Source of the DNA: Candidatus Bathyarchaeia archaeon
GTDB lineage: Archaea > Thermoproteota > Bathyarchaeia > Bathyarchaeales > Bathycorpusculaceae
Direction of reading: 5' to 3'
NCBI GenBank assembly: GCA_049516875.1
Contig: JBEKSS010000001.1
Span: forward strand, 352,001 to 416,000
Length of the DNA: 64,000 bases
Position 1 is the stretch's first letter, and each line of letters opens with the position of its first letter. This document shows positions 40,139 through 50,312 of the stretch, piece by piece. The position numbers and the translations under genes are program-made. A model generated the notes under the pieces. It was not told the DNA's origin, made no database searches, and saw only the letters and a list, made by a program, of their open reading frames with translations.

Positions 40139-40465
40139 ATGTTCCGCGTAAGAGTGAACAAGATAGAATCCATACGAGACATTGACGGCAACCTTGGAAA
40201 ACGCATAGAACTGATTGAAGACAGGGAAATACCGAAATTCGTGGTTAGACCGCAAACCGAAGAGGCCAAGATGGTGCAAGACGTGATGCAGGCTTTACAA
40301 CAGCAGCTGCCGATGTTCCCCATGAGAACGGACGTAACGATCCCAAAAATAATCCTGTTCTTGACCGAGCAAGAGTGCGAGAGCCTGGGAATCGAGTTCG
40401 ACGTGAACCAAATCTACGAAATAGCTCTTGAAAGCCAGACATTGAAGTTCATGAAAACTGCATAA
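40139..40465 (+). CDS. Arcadin-1-like protein
   Basis: Resembles crenarchaeal arcadin-1 as recalled: IELIEDRE...QQLP...PKIILFLTEQE.E.LG..FDV...EI. Confidence 0.7.
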   Translation: MFRVRVNKIESIRDIDGNLGKRIELIEDREIPKFVVRPQTEEAKMVQDVMQALQQQLPMFPMRTDVTIPKIILFLTEQECESLGIEFDVNQIYEIALESQTLKFMKTA

Positions 40466-40778
40466 TCTCTTTTCTAACTTGCCTCAAGGCTTGATGTTTT
40501 GGATGGAAAGACAGAACAAACATCATGTTCCTTAAGGTCATGTAGACTTCTTCCATGTTGGATTGACCGTTGTTGCTGCAGTATATCGGGATAGGCTCTT
40601 CGTCGCCTGTCTTGTAGTAAACATAGATCGGCGTGAAACTCTTTCTGAAAGTCTTGATTTCAAAGCTCAGCTTCAAGAGCCTGGCCATCTTCTCAGCAGC
40701 TATGCTGACAGGCTTCAATCTCTTTTGGCTGAAAGAAGAAGCGTAGACAAACAGTTTTCCGCTGGAACATTCTAGCAT
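40449..40778 (-). CDS. Hypothetical protein
   Basis: 109-aa ORF with plausible composition. Confidence 0.65.
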   Translation of the reverse strand: MLECSSGKLFVYASSFSQKRLKPVSIAAEKMARLLKLSFEIKTFRKSFTPIYVYYKTGDEEPIPIYCSNNGQSNMEEVYMTLRNMMFVLSFHPKHQALRQVRKEIMQFS

Positions 40779-40883
40779 GTTCGACGCCCACGAATCAACG
40801 CGGCGCGAACTGCATTTAAGACAGGTGTTGCAGCAACACGTTTACGCGGTGGAGAGAGATAGGTAAAAGTGAATGCTTGAGCG

Positions 40884-41168
40884 GTGAATCCATTGAAAGT
40901 CAGAGTGCATGTTTTCGTAAGCGGCAGGGTTCAGGGAGTGTTTTTCAGATCTGAAGCCATGCATGATGCAAGAAAACGCGGCGTAACGGGTTGGGTTCGC
41001 AACCTGCCAGATGACAGGGTTGAGGCTGTTTTTGAGGGGGAAGAAGAAAACGTGCAGAAGCTTTTGGAATTCTGTAGGCGAGGGCCGCCCGGAGCCAAGG
41101 TCACAGATACAGACGTGACCTTGGAAAGCTATTCTGGAGAGTTCAGAGACTTTGAAATAAGATATTAG
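40884..41168 (+). CDS. acyP: Acylphosphatase
   Basis: SGRVQGVFFR, GWVRNLPD.RVE. Confidence 0.95.
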   Translation: MNPLKVRVHVFVSGRVQGVFFRSEAMHDARKRGVTGWVRNLPDDRVEAVFEGEEENVQKLLEFCRRGPPGAKVTDTDVTLESYSGEFRDFEIRY

Positions 41169-41200
41169 AAGAGAAATTCATGCTTGGAAAGTCGCTACGC

Positions 41201-41623
41201 TCAGGTTCTTTTCTTTGGCACTCTGAAGTGTGAGGCTTTTCCAGCGCTTACGTAGTCTCCTCCAGCACCGCGTACAACTGAAGCGATTTTTGAGAAGTTG
41301 TCTGAACCTAGAAACTGCCGCGGTTTTATCATGATGTAGTCCTCTTTCTCCTCAAAGCTCAGCAGGTTCTCCAAGTCTTCTGGAAACATCATCTTCACGT
41401 CCTCTATCACTTTTGATTTTTCTTGAGGCTGGGGCGCTCCTGCTACGGGCTGAGACAATGCCGGTGCTGGATGCGCTGCTATTGGCTGAGTAATCTGTGA
41501 GACAGCCAGAGATTTCAAAGATGCTGAAACCTGCCGCAAATCCTCCATGATGCCGTTCATTATCAGAACAAGTTCGTCGACTCTCTTGGTCAGAGCTTCG
41601 ATTTTTTCTTTATCCGCGCTCAT
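41201..41623 (-). CDS. Hypothetical coiled-coil protein
   Basis: N-terminal heptads, Pro-rich linker, globular C-domain. Confidence 0.7.
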   Translation of the reverse strand: MSADKEKIEALTKRVDELVLIMNGIMEDLRQVSASLKSLAVSQITQPIAAHPAPALSQPVAGAPQPQEKSKVIEDVKMMFPEDLENLLSFEEKEDYIMIKPRQFLGSDNFSKIASVVRGAGGDYVSAGKASHFRVPKKRT

Positions 41624-41706
41624 ATGCCTTCTTCCTTACAAATCCCTAATACTTAACGCATTTATTAATGGTTTTTGACTCTTCCAGCAATTCGGATAGC
41701 GCGCGC

Positions 41707-42062
41707 TATCTTTCTTCATGCCGCGCTTAATCATTTTCTCTATAGGCAATGCAAGTGTATTTTTGAAAAAACCGATTTTGGCATCAACATTATATTTCCC
41801 ACTTTCACTCAACAAATTCCCTTCTGTAGGCTTGCACTTGTTTGTCTTCACTGACAGCCTGCCCTACGCACTTCAATATCCAACCTGTGAAGGACAGTGT
41901 CTCACCTGTTTTCTCTTTGTAACTGCGCATGTACTCGCGAGCTTTAGTTACGTCAAGTTCAATCAACCCATAAACACGATTCTTCACAGCGGCATTGTCA
42001 AGGAACTCATTGCCCCATCCGCGATTTTTCCTTATTTCTTGATAAGTTCCTATCTGGTCCAA
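41707..42062 (-). pseudogene. 2-oxoacid dehydrogenase E2-like acyltransferase N-terminal fragment
   Basis: GLIELDVTKAR...GETLSFTGWILKCVGQAV; frameshifted, ends at the GC run 41699-41706. Confidence 0.65.
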
Positions 42063-42169
42063 TATTTATGCCGGCTTAAGCGTGTCTGACAATAATAATC
42101 GAGAGTGATGGTAAAAGAATTTTCGCCCGAACTTGCTTTGAACGTACAAGCACTACTGAGACCACGTTA

Positions 42170-43138
42170 TTAGAGCAAGAATTTGCCAAGAAGAAGAATT
42201 ATGGACATGATGCTGTAGGTTTGGGTAACCAGCATTATCCACTGGGGATTGTGCGCAGACAAGCTCACAATATCCTCAGCCACATAGCTTTGACCGTTTG
42301 AGGACACGTATTCTTTGGAAAGAAAGTAGAGCTTCTTGAATTTTCCCAGAACGAACAGGACGACAACTGGTATGGCGAGCAGGAAAACGCTCAACCATGC
42401 GTGCTGGTCATAGGTCCACTCAAGAAGGAAGGCTGCCCCTGTGAGTACGGCGCCGGCTGCAAGCAGTACGATGCCGAGGAACGAAGCCCTAACAAGTCCC
42501 AGCCGCACCGTCATCGTCTCGATGTTCATCGCTTTGTCTCCGAAGTAGTCTCGGATCTCGGTAGGTATTATCACGCCATAGACTGTCGAGGCGAGCCCTG
42601 CAAGGGAAAGGAGAAAGAAACGGTTGATTCCAGAAGCAAAAGTATGGTACGCAAACATCACTGGAAACACAGCTAAGACTAGAATAAGCGTGACCGGCGC
42701 CACCCAAGACCTAGACTTCAACCGCAAAGGTGGGGCAGAGTAGGCATATCCCAAAGAAATCCCAGCTACCCACATCAGGAGCAGGATAGGCTTTTCTTGG
42801 ATAAACATAAACAGAGAAACAAGAACCAGGGCAAAAACAAACTCGGCAACCAACAATGCTTTCAGCCGTTTTTGTCCCAAAGAATCCAGAGCGTGGACCA
42901 GCTGCCTCTTGCGGTCGTCCTTCAGGTCTAGTTCATAATCAGAAAGGGTGTTTGCCTGTGCTCCGATAGCAGAACTGAGGTTTATTATGGCGAAAGAGAG
43001 AACCACCAAGATTACTCCGTTGATCAAACTTAGAGGCGGACTGGCGCCCCAAGCAAGTCCCATGATAAGCGAACCTAAATTCGGGAGGAGAAACTCCGCC
43101 CTGGAAACGGTGGCAAGCAATTTCACGCTTTCAAACAT
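42170..43138 (-). CDS. UbiA family prenyltransferase
   Basis: N..SDYELD, YSAPPLRLK, EIRDYFGD. Confidence 0.85.
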   Translation of the reverse strand: MFESVKLLATVSRAEFLLPNLGSLIMGLAWGASPPLSLINGVILVVLSFAIINLSSAIGAQANTLSDYELDLKDDRKRQLVHALDSLGQKRLKALLVAEFVFALVLVSLFMFIQEKPILLLMWVAGISLGYAYSAPPLRLKSRSWVAPVTLILVLAVFPVMFAYHTFASGINRFFLLSLAGLASTVYGVIIPTEIRDYFGDKAMNIETMTVRLGLVRASFLGIVLLAAGAVLTGAAFLLEWTYDQHAWLSVFLLAIPVVVLFVLGKFKKLYFLSKEYVSSNGQSYVAEDIVSLSAHNPQWIMLVTQTYSIMSIILLLGKFLL

Positions 43139-43275
43139 TCTTGTCCCAACGCCTAACAAAGGGGGCCACAGTCAAAAACGTACTTTCAAAGCTTGCATTA
43201 TAATTACCTTTTGTATGCATTTATTAATGGTTCTTGACTCTTCTGGTAACCTGAAGAACTGGGTGCGCGCCACGC

Positions 43276-44313
43276 TTGATCGAGATTGACGGAAGCGAAA
43301 AAAGTGGAAGCGGCACGATTCTGAGGATGGCCGTCGCCCTATGCGCGATAATTGGGCAGCCGTTGCACATCTACAACATCAGAGAGAACCGTCCGCAGCC
43401 AGGTTTGAAGCCTCAGCATTTGGAAGCTGTTCTGACAGCCGCTAAGCTCTGTGACGCCGAACTGGAAGGTGCGAAAGTCGATTCACGGGAGCTTTGGTTC
43501 AGGCCTAAAGAAGTAAAAGGCGGCAAGGTCGAAGCTGAAATCGGCACTGCCGGAAGCATCTCAATGCTTCTCATGACAGTGCTCCCCATGTGCGCCTATG
43601 CCAAGAACGCTGTGCACCTGCACATTTCCAAAGGCGGAACGGATGTTACCCATTCGCCGACCATCAATTATATGCGCTTCGTCCTTTTGCCGACACTTCA
43701 ACGCATGGGACTGAACGCTGTTCTGACCGTTCACAAGTACGGCTACTATCCCAAAGGAAATGGCGAGGTGACAATAGATGTGACACCTTGCAAGTCCCTG
43801 AAAGCTTTGAGCCTAGAGACTTTTGGCAACGCCAAAGCGATAAAGGGAGTCTCAGTCTGCACATTCCTTGCTGACAGAAAAGTTGCTGAACGCCAAGCAA
43901 GAGCGGCGAACGAGTACCTGGGCGAAAGAGGCTACAAGGCTAACATCCAGATAATAAATGACACCTCGAACCCACTACAAAAGGGCAGTTCCATCGTCTT
44001 GTGGGCCGAGTCTGACACCAACGCTATTCTAGGAGCAGACGCTATCGGCGAACTGAGAAAAACAAGCGAAACAGTTGGAACCGAAGCAGCCGAGAAACTC
44101 CATGCAGAAATCATTGACAAACCCACGGTTGACGCCCACCTAGCTGACCTGCTTGTTCCATACGTAGCCCTGGCCCACGGCAAGTCAACTTATCTTACGC
44201 GGTCTCTTACCGAACATTCGCAGACAAACATCTGGCTTGCCAAAAAAATATTGAATGTAAAGTTTGTTCTTGAAAAGAAAGATGGACTATACAAGCTGGA
44301 GAAAGTTGGTTGA
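43276..44313 (+). CDS. rtcA: RNA 3'-terminal phosphate cyclase
   Basis: IDGS..SGSG.ILR, PGLKPQH, GGTDV, GYYPKG.G, VDAHLAD. Confidence 0.95.
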   Translation: MIEIDGSEKSGSGTILRMAVALCAIIGQPLHIYNIRENRPQPGLKPQHLEAVLTAAKLCDAELEGAKVDSRELWFRPKEVKGGKVEAEIGTAGSISMLLMTVLPMCAYAKNAVHLHISKGGTDVTHSPTINYMRFVLLPTLQRMGLNAVLTVHKYGYYPKGNGEVTIDVTPCKSLKALSLETFGNAKAIKGVSVCTFLADRKVAERQARAANEYLGERGYKANIQIINDTSNPLQKGSSIVLWAESDTNAILGADAIGELRKTSETVGTEAAEKLHAEIIDKPTVDAHLADLLVPYVALAHGKSTYLTRSLTEHSQTNIWLAKKILNVKFVLEKKDGLYKLEKVG

Positions 44314-44339
44314 ATTATGGCAATCGGCTTAGCGCGCGC

Positions 44340-44719
44340 TGATGACGGCTTTGATCACCTTCTCTAATCTCGTACATTCCTCGAGGACCCAGGCCTAAGG
44401 ACGGTTCATCTAGTATTAGGATCGGAGGATCGTACAGCAACGCTTGGGCTAATCCAAGTCTCTGTTTCGTTCCGCGAGAAAACTTGGCTATTCTAGTGTT
44501 TGCCCATTCGGAAAGTTTAACGGTTTCAAGCACCTCGCTATTCTGGGTTTCAAGCTTTGAAAGGCAATGCCGCGAAGCCTGCCAACATAGCCCAAGACTT
44601 CATTTGGAGTCAGATAAGAATAGAACTCTGGCGTTTCCACCATGGCACCAACGTTCTCAAGGGCTTTAGTTGATTCTCTAATCGCGTCATGCCCGTTGAT
44701 ATAGACCTTTCCTCTTGTA
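44340..44719 (-). pseudogene. ABC ATPase, downstream part of a split gene
   Basis: TRGKVYINGHD...VETPEFY...FSRGTKQRLGLAQAL..DPPILILDEPSLGL. Confidence 0.8.
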
Positions 44720-44748
44720 GATACTGTCCACTTAATCGGGATGGATGA

Positions 44749-45080
44749 CTATTTGACTATTTCCAATAATTCGTATGGACGCAATATTCTAATCTTGTTT
44801 GCATCTTGAATTTCCTTTCGATTCTCCTTAATCAGAAAATGTCTTTGATCCAGCGTCAAAAATACGTCACATGAACGAATCGCAAAAGAGAGATGAAGTG
44901 CATCGGGTATTGGAAGAAATGTATGCTTGAAAAGAAGGTCAATCACAGAATCTTCATCAATTTCATAGCTTCTTATTCTGAAGCCGACCTTTTCTAGTAG
45001 ATAGTCTGTGAATGTAGCCAGATTTTCGATAATTGCTCTTTTGGTATTTTCTTCTTTGATTTTGAAGCCATTCGCAGTAG
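44749..45080 (-). pseudogene. PIN-domain C-terminal fragment
   Basis: PDALHLSFA...CDVFLTLD..HF. Confidence 0.6.
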
Positions 45081-45117
45081 CTCGCCGTGACCCACCAGCA
45101 TTTGCACACGCGCTTAC

Positions 45118-46689
45118 TTATCCTAAGATTTTTTCTACCTCTTCCTTATCCGCATCAGTAACATAGCTAATACCTGATGCCTTTGCAGTTTCAGGAGTTA
45201 AAGCAACGATATCGTCTCGAGTGATGTATCGAACCGTGAATTTTCTGGCACCACACATTAATTGCTTTAATCCTTGGATCAGCCTCTGATTATAAGTATA
45301 AAGGCCCATCGCGCCTGTGGGTAAGTCCTTGAACTTTTTTCCAAACTTCTTCTTTAGTCTGCTCGCTTCGATAAAGGTTGCCTCGATGGTGTTTCCATAT
45401 CTTCCATAGTATATAGGTAGATTTCCTTCCGTAATCCCCCGACCTACGTTTTTACCTACCATCGCTGCGGTGAGTGGAGCTCTGGCCATACCCACAGCTT
45501 TGACGTAGGGTGCACCCAGAGCCAGTGCCTTGAAGATGTGATCTTCCATTGTAATGCCTCCCGCAAACGCTATGTCAGGTACGTATTCTCCCTTCTTCGC
45601 CAGTCTATCTGCATATTGATACGTCAAGGACCATATTTCTACGCTGGGTATTCCCCATTCGTTCATCATACGCCAGGGGCTCATCCCTGTTCCACCACCA
45701 GCGCCATCGATGGTAAGTAGGTCAATTCTTGCTAAGGACGAAAATTTCACTGCTCTTGCCACATCTGCTGGTCTGTAAGCGCCCGTCTTCAGGAAAACGT
45801 GCTTAGCACCTAAGCTTCTGAGCTCTTTTACTCTACTGAGGAAGGTCTCTTCGGTAACCATGCCCACTCTGGAATGTCTTTCAAACTCTTTGAAATGTCC
45901 CGCCTTAAATGCTTCAATAATGTCTGGATTTTCGGGATCAGGGAGAACTATGTATCCTCTTCTCTTTAGAAGCTGAGCTTTTTCCATATCCTTAATTTTA
46001 ACTTCACCACCTATGTCTTTAGCTCCTTGACCCCATTTTAGTTCAACGGCATCCACTTCTAAATCCGAAATGGCATACTCATGGACGCCGAGTCGTGTAT
46101 CTTCTATGTTGGCTTGAACAACAATAGCGCCGTAGCCTTCTTCTCTCCATTCTTTGTAAGTTTTCACCCTATATTCCAGTTCTGGAGAATGAATCACTTT
46201 TCCATCGTTGAATTTTGACTCCGCATCCATGCCACATACATTTTCACCAATTACTTGCATGGTCCCTGATATTGCCGCACCGATTGCCAGCTCTCTCCAA
46301 TTGTCGAGGGCGATTTTTGTGGATCCAAGTGCGCAGGTGAACCATGGAACTTTCAGTCTTATGCCTTTACCTTGACCGATTTTGGTTTCTAAGTCAACGT
46401 TGGGAAATATAGCTTTGTCACTATCGGCTTCGATGCCGACAGCTCCCACGGTTGTTCCCATAATGTTGAAGTGGGAGAGGTCTATAGGATAGTTCTTTTG
46501 AGATGCGGTGGTTATAACTCCGAAAGGCGCCGGGTATATGATTTCGCCGCCTCTTATTGCAGATTTGGCAACTTCGCAAGGACCTGGGCATCCATCTATG
46601 CATGTAACGCAGAGTCCGCTGACTGGACATGGATCCGTTCTATTCTTGGTCAGGGTTGCCGGGCTTGCATTTGGTTTGGAATAGCTCAT
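45118..46689 (-). CDS. FMN-binding glutamate synthase family protein
   Basis: ELKWGQGAK.IGGE, DGAGGGTG, AGG, KALALGA; N-terminal Cys cluster. Confidence 0.88.
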   Translation of the reverse strand: MSYSKPNASPATLTKNRTDPCPVSGLCVTCIDGCPGPCEVAKSAIRGGEIIYPAPFGVITTASQKNYPIDLSHFNIMGTTVGAVGIEADSDKAIFPNVDLETKIGQGKGIRLKVPWFTCALGSTKIALDNWRELAIGAAISGTMQVIGENVCGMDAESKFNDGKVIHSPELEYRVKTYKEWREEGYGAIVVQANIEDTRLGVHEYAISDLEVDAVELKWGQGAKDIGGEVKIKDMEKAQLLKRRGYIVLPDPENPDIIEAFKAGHFKEFERHSRVGMVTEETFLSRVKELRSLGAKHVFLKTGAYRPADVARAVKFSSLARIDLLTIDGAGGGTGMSPWRMMNEWGIPSVEIWSLTYQYADRLAKKGEYVPDIAFAGGITMEDHIFKALALGAPYVKAVGMARAPLTAAMVGKNVGRGITEGNLPIYYGRYGNTIEATFIEASRLKKKFGKKFKDLPTGAMGLYTYNQRLIQGLKQLMCGARKFTVRYITRDDIVALTPETAKASGISYVTDADKEEVEKILG

Positions 46690-46690
46690 A

Positions 46691-47365
46691 TTATTTCTCC
46701 TCCTTTTGTACACATGCTCCACATGATTCTAAAGTACACATGACTTGGTCATACTTTCCTAAACACTGTGGGGTTATTACAAGACAAGAGTTGCAGAGTT
46801 CTCCGGGAGACTTGACCCCACGACACTGCAAGTCTACTACGGGACAAATATACATGCAGGCTCCACAGTTGCGGCAGATTTCACTGGCCGTACGGAAGGG
46901 CGTGACCACTTCTCTTTTTTGGCCTCTGCCCGCGAAACCTATGGCTCCGCTTCTCATCTGTTCGGCGCACATCCTTACACATAAGCCACATAGGATGCAG
47001 TCTTCATTTTCCATCTTGAATCTAACTTGCTCTAATCCCATCTGTGAGGCTAAGTCTTGCAAGGTCTTAGAGTTGGGGCATCTGGCAAGTAATAGTTCCA
47101 GTATCAGTTTTCGCCCTTTCATCACTTTTTCAGAATGTGTTTTCACTTTTATCCCTTCTTTAACTGGATAAAGGCAAGACGCTACCAGTCTTACCCTTCT
47201 TCCGTCTTCAACCTCCACCGTGCATAGGCGGCAAGCGCCGTAAGGGGTTAACTCATCGTGGTGGCAGAGAGATGGAATACTAATCCCATAGAACCTGGCA
47301 ATTTCAAGTATTGTAGAGCCTTCTTCGGCTTGAGCCTTCACTCCATCAATAATGAGGTTTACCAT
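46691..47365 (-). CDS. NuoG/HydA N-terminal-like Fe-S protein without a catalytic domain
   Basis: IPSLC, GACRLC.VE, CILCGLCVRMC, CRNCGACMYICP. Confidence 0.85.
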   Translation of the reverse strand: MVNLIIDGVKAQAEEGSTILEIARFYGISIPSLCHHDELTPYGACRLCTVEVEDGRRVRLVASCLYPVKEGIKVKTHSEKVMKGRKLILELLLARCPNSKTLQDLASQMGLEQVRFKMENEDCILCGLCVRMCAEQMRSGAIGFAGRGQKREVVTPFRTASEICRNCGACMYICPVVDLQCRGVKSPGELCNSCLVITPQCLGKYDQVMCTLESCGACVQKEEK

Positions 47366-47377
47366 CTCACTCACTTC

Positions 47378-49234
47378 CTATTTGACTGATATGGCCTGAA
47401 ATGGGCAAGCATCTCGACAGATACCACATCTAATGCATTTGGCGGGGTCAATCGTGTGAGTCAAACCATATGCGTCGATGGCCTGTTGAGGACAGAGTTT
47501 TAAACAGGCACCGCATCCTGTGCATTTGTCTTCAAGGATGACAAACGTAATCAGGTCCCTGCAAATTCCAGCTGGGCACTTTTTATCTCTAATGTGGGCG
47601 GCATATTCATCTCCAAAATACCTGAGAGTTGACAAAACTGTATTTGGAGCTGTTTGACCAAGACCGCAAAGAGAAAAGTCTTTGACCATCCTCGCTAAGT
47701 CTTGGAGAAGTTCCAGATCTTCTTCCCCAGCCTGACCCTTGGTTATCTTAGTCACGATCTCAAGCATCCTTTTGATTCCCTCACGGCAGGGGACACATTT
47801 ACCACAAGATTCATTCTGTAAGAAGTCGAGAAAATATCGAGCCAAATCAACCATGCATGTGTCTTCGTCCATCACTATCATGCCGCCGGAGCCCATCATG
47901 GAGCCGGCTTCGGTTAACTTCTCAAAGTCGACAGTTAGGTCGAGTAATTCTTCAGGTATGCAGCCACCTGAGGGGCCACCGGTCTGTACGGCCTTAAACC
48001 TCTTGCCTTTCGTTATTCCTCCGCCTATGTCGTAAACAATCGTCTTAAGGGGGGTTCCCATTTGTATTTCGACGAGACCAGTGTTGTTAACCTTTCCAAC
48101 AAGAGAGAAAATGCCTGTTCCCTTGCTGTTCTCCGTCCCCATTTTTACATACCAGTCTGTGCCATTGTTAATAATCAAAGGCACATTGGCCCAGGTCTTA
48201 ACGTTATTCAAATTAGTTGGCTGATTCCACAGCCCACGCTCGACTGTGTGAACATATTTTGCTCTGGGCTCGCCCATTTTGCCTTCTATGGAGGCCATCA
48301 ACGCAGAAGATTCACCGCAGACAAACGCACCAGCACCCCGATTTATCTTGATGTCGAAGTCAAATCCAGAATTGAATATGTTGTTGCCTACGAATCCGTA
48401 TTCTCGTGCTTGGTCTATTGCCGTCTGGAGGTGCTTTAATGCCAGTGGATATTCTGCGCGAACGTATAAATATCCTTGATTCGCTCCTATAGCATAGGCT
48501 CCAATTATCATCCCTTCGAGAATGCTATGAGGATTCGCTTCCATGAGGCTTCTATCGCTAAAGGCACCTGGATCACCTTCATCTCCGTTTCCAATTACAA
48601 ACTTAACGTCTCCATGGGCTTCCTTGCAAGACCTCCATTTTCTTCCAGTTGGGAAGCCGCCTCCGCCAAGACCGCGTAACCCTGATTTTTCAATTGTATC
48701 AATGATTTCTTCGCAAGACATGGTTGTAGTAGCCTTTGCAAGAGCTTGATAACCGCCAATAGCAATGTAGTCAAGTATGTTTGTGGGGTCGATTCGTCCA
48801 TTGTTAGCAAGAACCAGCCTTGTCTGTTTTTTGTAGAAAGGAACTTCGTGCTCATACAAGGCTTTTTGACCTGTTATTGGATCTATATAAAGAAGGCGAT
48901 CAACAACCTCGCCATTGAGGAGAGTTTTTGAAACGATATCAGGAACATCACTCGGCTTTACTTTTTGATAAAAGATCTCTTTTGGTCCTATAACGATGAC
49001 AGGCCCTCTTTCGCAGAAGCCATGACATCCGGTTTGCTTGCAGTCTGCCTTGATTTCTAAACCTTGCCTCTCAATTTCATCCTTGAAAGATATCATAACA
49101 TTTGCGCTACCACGCGCTCGGCAACCAGTTCCGAGGCATACTCTTACACAAGGCTTATTGGGATCTCTCATTTGCACTAGCGAGTTTCGAAGAGAACCGA
49201 GCTCTTGAGTGGTTCTAATCTTTTTCATTCTCAC
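47378..49234 (-). CDS. NuoF/HydB-like NADH-binding flavoprotein
   Basis: SGLRGLGGGGFPTG, NGDEGDPG, ESCGKCVPCREG, C-terminal 2x[4Fe-4S]. Confidence 0.92.
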   Translation of the reverse strand: MRMKKIRTTQELGSLRNSLVQMRDPNKPCVRVCLGTGCRARGSANVMISFKDEIERQGLEIKADCKQTGCHGFCERGPVIVIGPKEIFYQKVKPSDVPDIVSKTLLNGEVVDRLLYIDPITGQKALYEHEVPFYKKQTRLVLANNGRIDPTNILDYIAIGGYQALAKATTTMSCEEIIDTIEKSGLRGLGGGGFPTGRKWRSCKEAHGDVKFVIGNGDEGDPGAFSDRSLMEANPHSILEGMIIGAYAIGANQGYLYVRAEYPLALKHLQTAIDQAREYGFVGNNIFNSGFDFDIKINRGAGAFVCGESSALMASIEGKMGEPRAKYVHTVERGLWNQPTNLNNVKTWANVPLIINNGTDWYVKMGTENSKGTGIFSLVGKVNNTGLVEIQMGTPLKTIVYDIGGGITKGKRFKAVQTGGPSGGCIPEELLDLTVDFEKLTEAGSMMGSGGMIVMDEDTCMVDLARYFLDFLQNESCGKCVPCREGIKRMLEIVTKITKGQAGEEDLELLQDLARMVKDFSLCGLGQTAPNTVLSTLRYFGDEYAAHIRDKKCPAGICRDLITFVILEDKCTGCGACLKLCPQQAIDAYGLTHTIDPAKCIRCGICRDACPFQAISVK

Positions 49235-49698
49235 CCTGCACCCGCTTTTAGAACACTACGAACTTTCGTTGGCGTCATTTTGTCAAAATAGCGTTCTCCG
49301 ACAACTATAACTGGAGCCAGCGCACAAGCACCAACACAATGAACCGATTGAAGACTAAATGTGCGATCAGATGTCGTTTCACCGTCTTTTATACCCAGCT
49401 CTTTTTCCACAGACTCAAGAACTCTGGGAGAACCTCTAAGGTAGCAGGCAGTTCCCAGACATACACGAACGAGGTGCTTGCCACGAGGGGTTAGGTGGAA
49501 TGCATCATAAAATGAAGCTACACCGTAGACCTGAATCATCGGAACACCAAGTTTTTCAGAAACATGTTTTAACGCCCACGCTGGAAGATAAGCGAACAAA
49601 TTTTCAGTTTCTTGCAATATCATTATCAACGCTGACTTTTCATAAGAATAACTTCTGATAATCTCGTTGACCTTGTACTCAGAAGCCCTTTCAGCCAA
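49231..49698 (-). CDS. NuoE/HydC-like [2Fe-2S] subunit
   Basis: VCLGTACYLRG, CVGACALAP. Confidence 0.92.
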   Translation of the reverse strand: MAERASEYKVNEIIRSYSYEKSALIMILQETENLFAYLPAWALKHVSEKLGVPMIQVYGVASFYDAFHLTPRGKHLVRVCLGTACYLRGSPRVLESVEKELGIKDGETTSDRTFSLQSVHCVGACALAPVIVVGERYFDKMTPTKVRSVLKAGAG

Positions 49699-49774
49699 GT
49701 TTCATGGCACCTCTCAAGTCAATTATCTGCTCCTAATGTTGCTGGAAGTGAGGATCTTTTGAAGCCTTGGCATC

Positions 49775-50092
49775 TCAACTTCTGGAAACTCTCTTTATAC
49801 CTTTGAAACTTAGGGGAGCTTCTTCCGGAATCTCCTCAGCAAACATTATTTCGTAGACATCCTTTGAGGCACACTTAGGACACTCCAAAGATCTGTACCT
49901 ACATGTTTGACAATTTTCGGATTCGGTACCAATTCGAAGACTAAGATCCTCAGTTCCCTCTTTATGCCCAACAACCAATCCAACGAGTTCAATCCATGTG
50001 TTTCCGCAACTAGCACAACTAACTCTCTTCTTGATCAACTCCCCTTCCCCCCCTCTGTTTTCAATTTCCTTAACAATTTCTGTGACTTTCAA
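49775..50092 (-). CDS. Zn-ribbon hypothetical protein
   Basis: CASC, CQTC, CPKC. Confidence 0.6.
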   Translation of the reverse strand: MKVTEIVKEIENRGGEGELIKKRVSCASCGNTWIELVGLVVGHKEGTEDLSLRIGTESENCQTCRYRSLECPKCASKDVYEIMFAEEIPEEAPLSFKGIKRVSRS

Positions 50093-50312
50093 ACAACATC
50101 AAACATCTTAAGCATATTATTGAGCTATTTAACGCTTTCGTTCGACAAAGTCCAAAATTAATGGATATTGCAAGATAAGCGAGAACGAGATACTTACAAT
50201 GTCGAAAAAAGAGAGATAGGCATCATCTTGTTCTTCCGACATCATAAGGTTCCAAGGCAAAAATGGTATATTTTTTAAACTGTGAACACTAATTTCACAT
50301 AGGCGGCGTACA

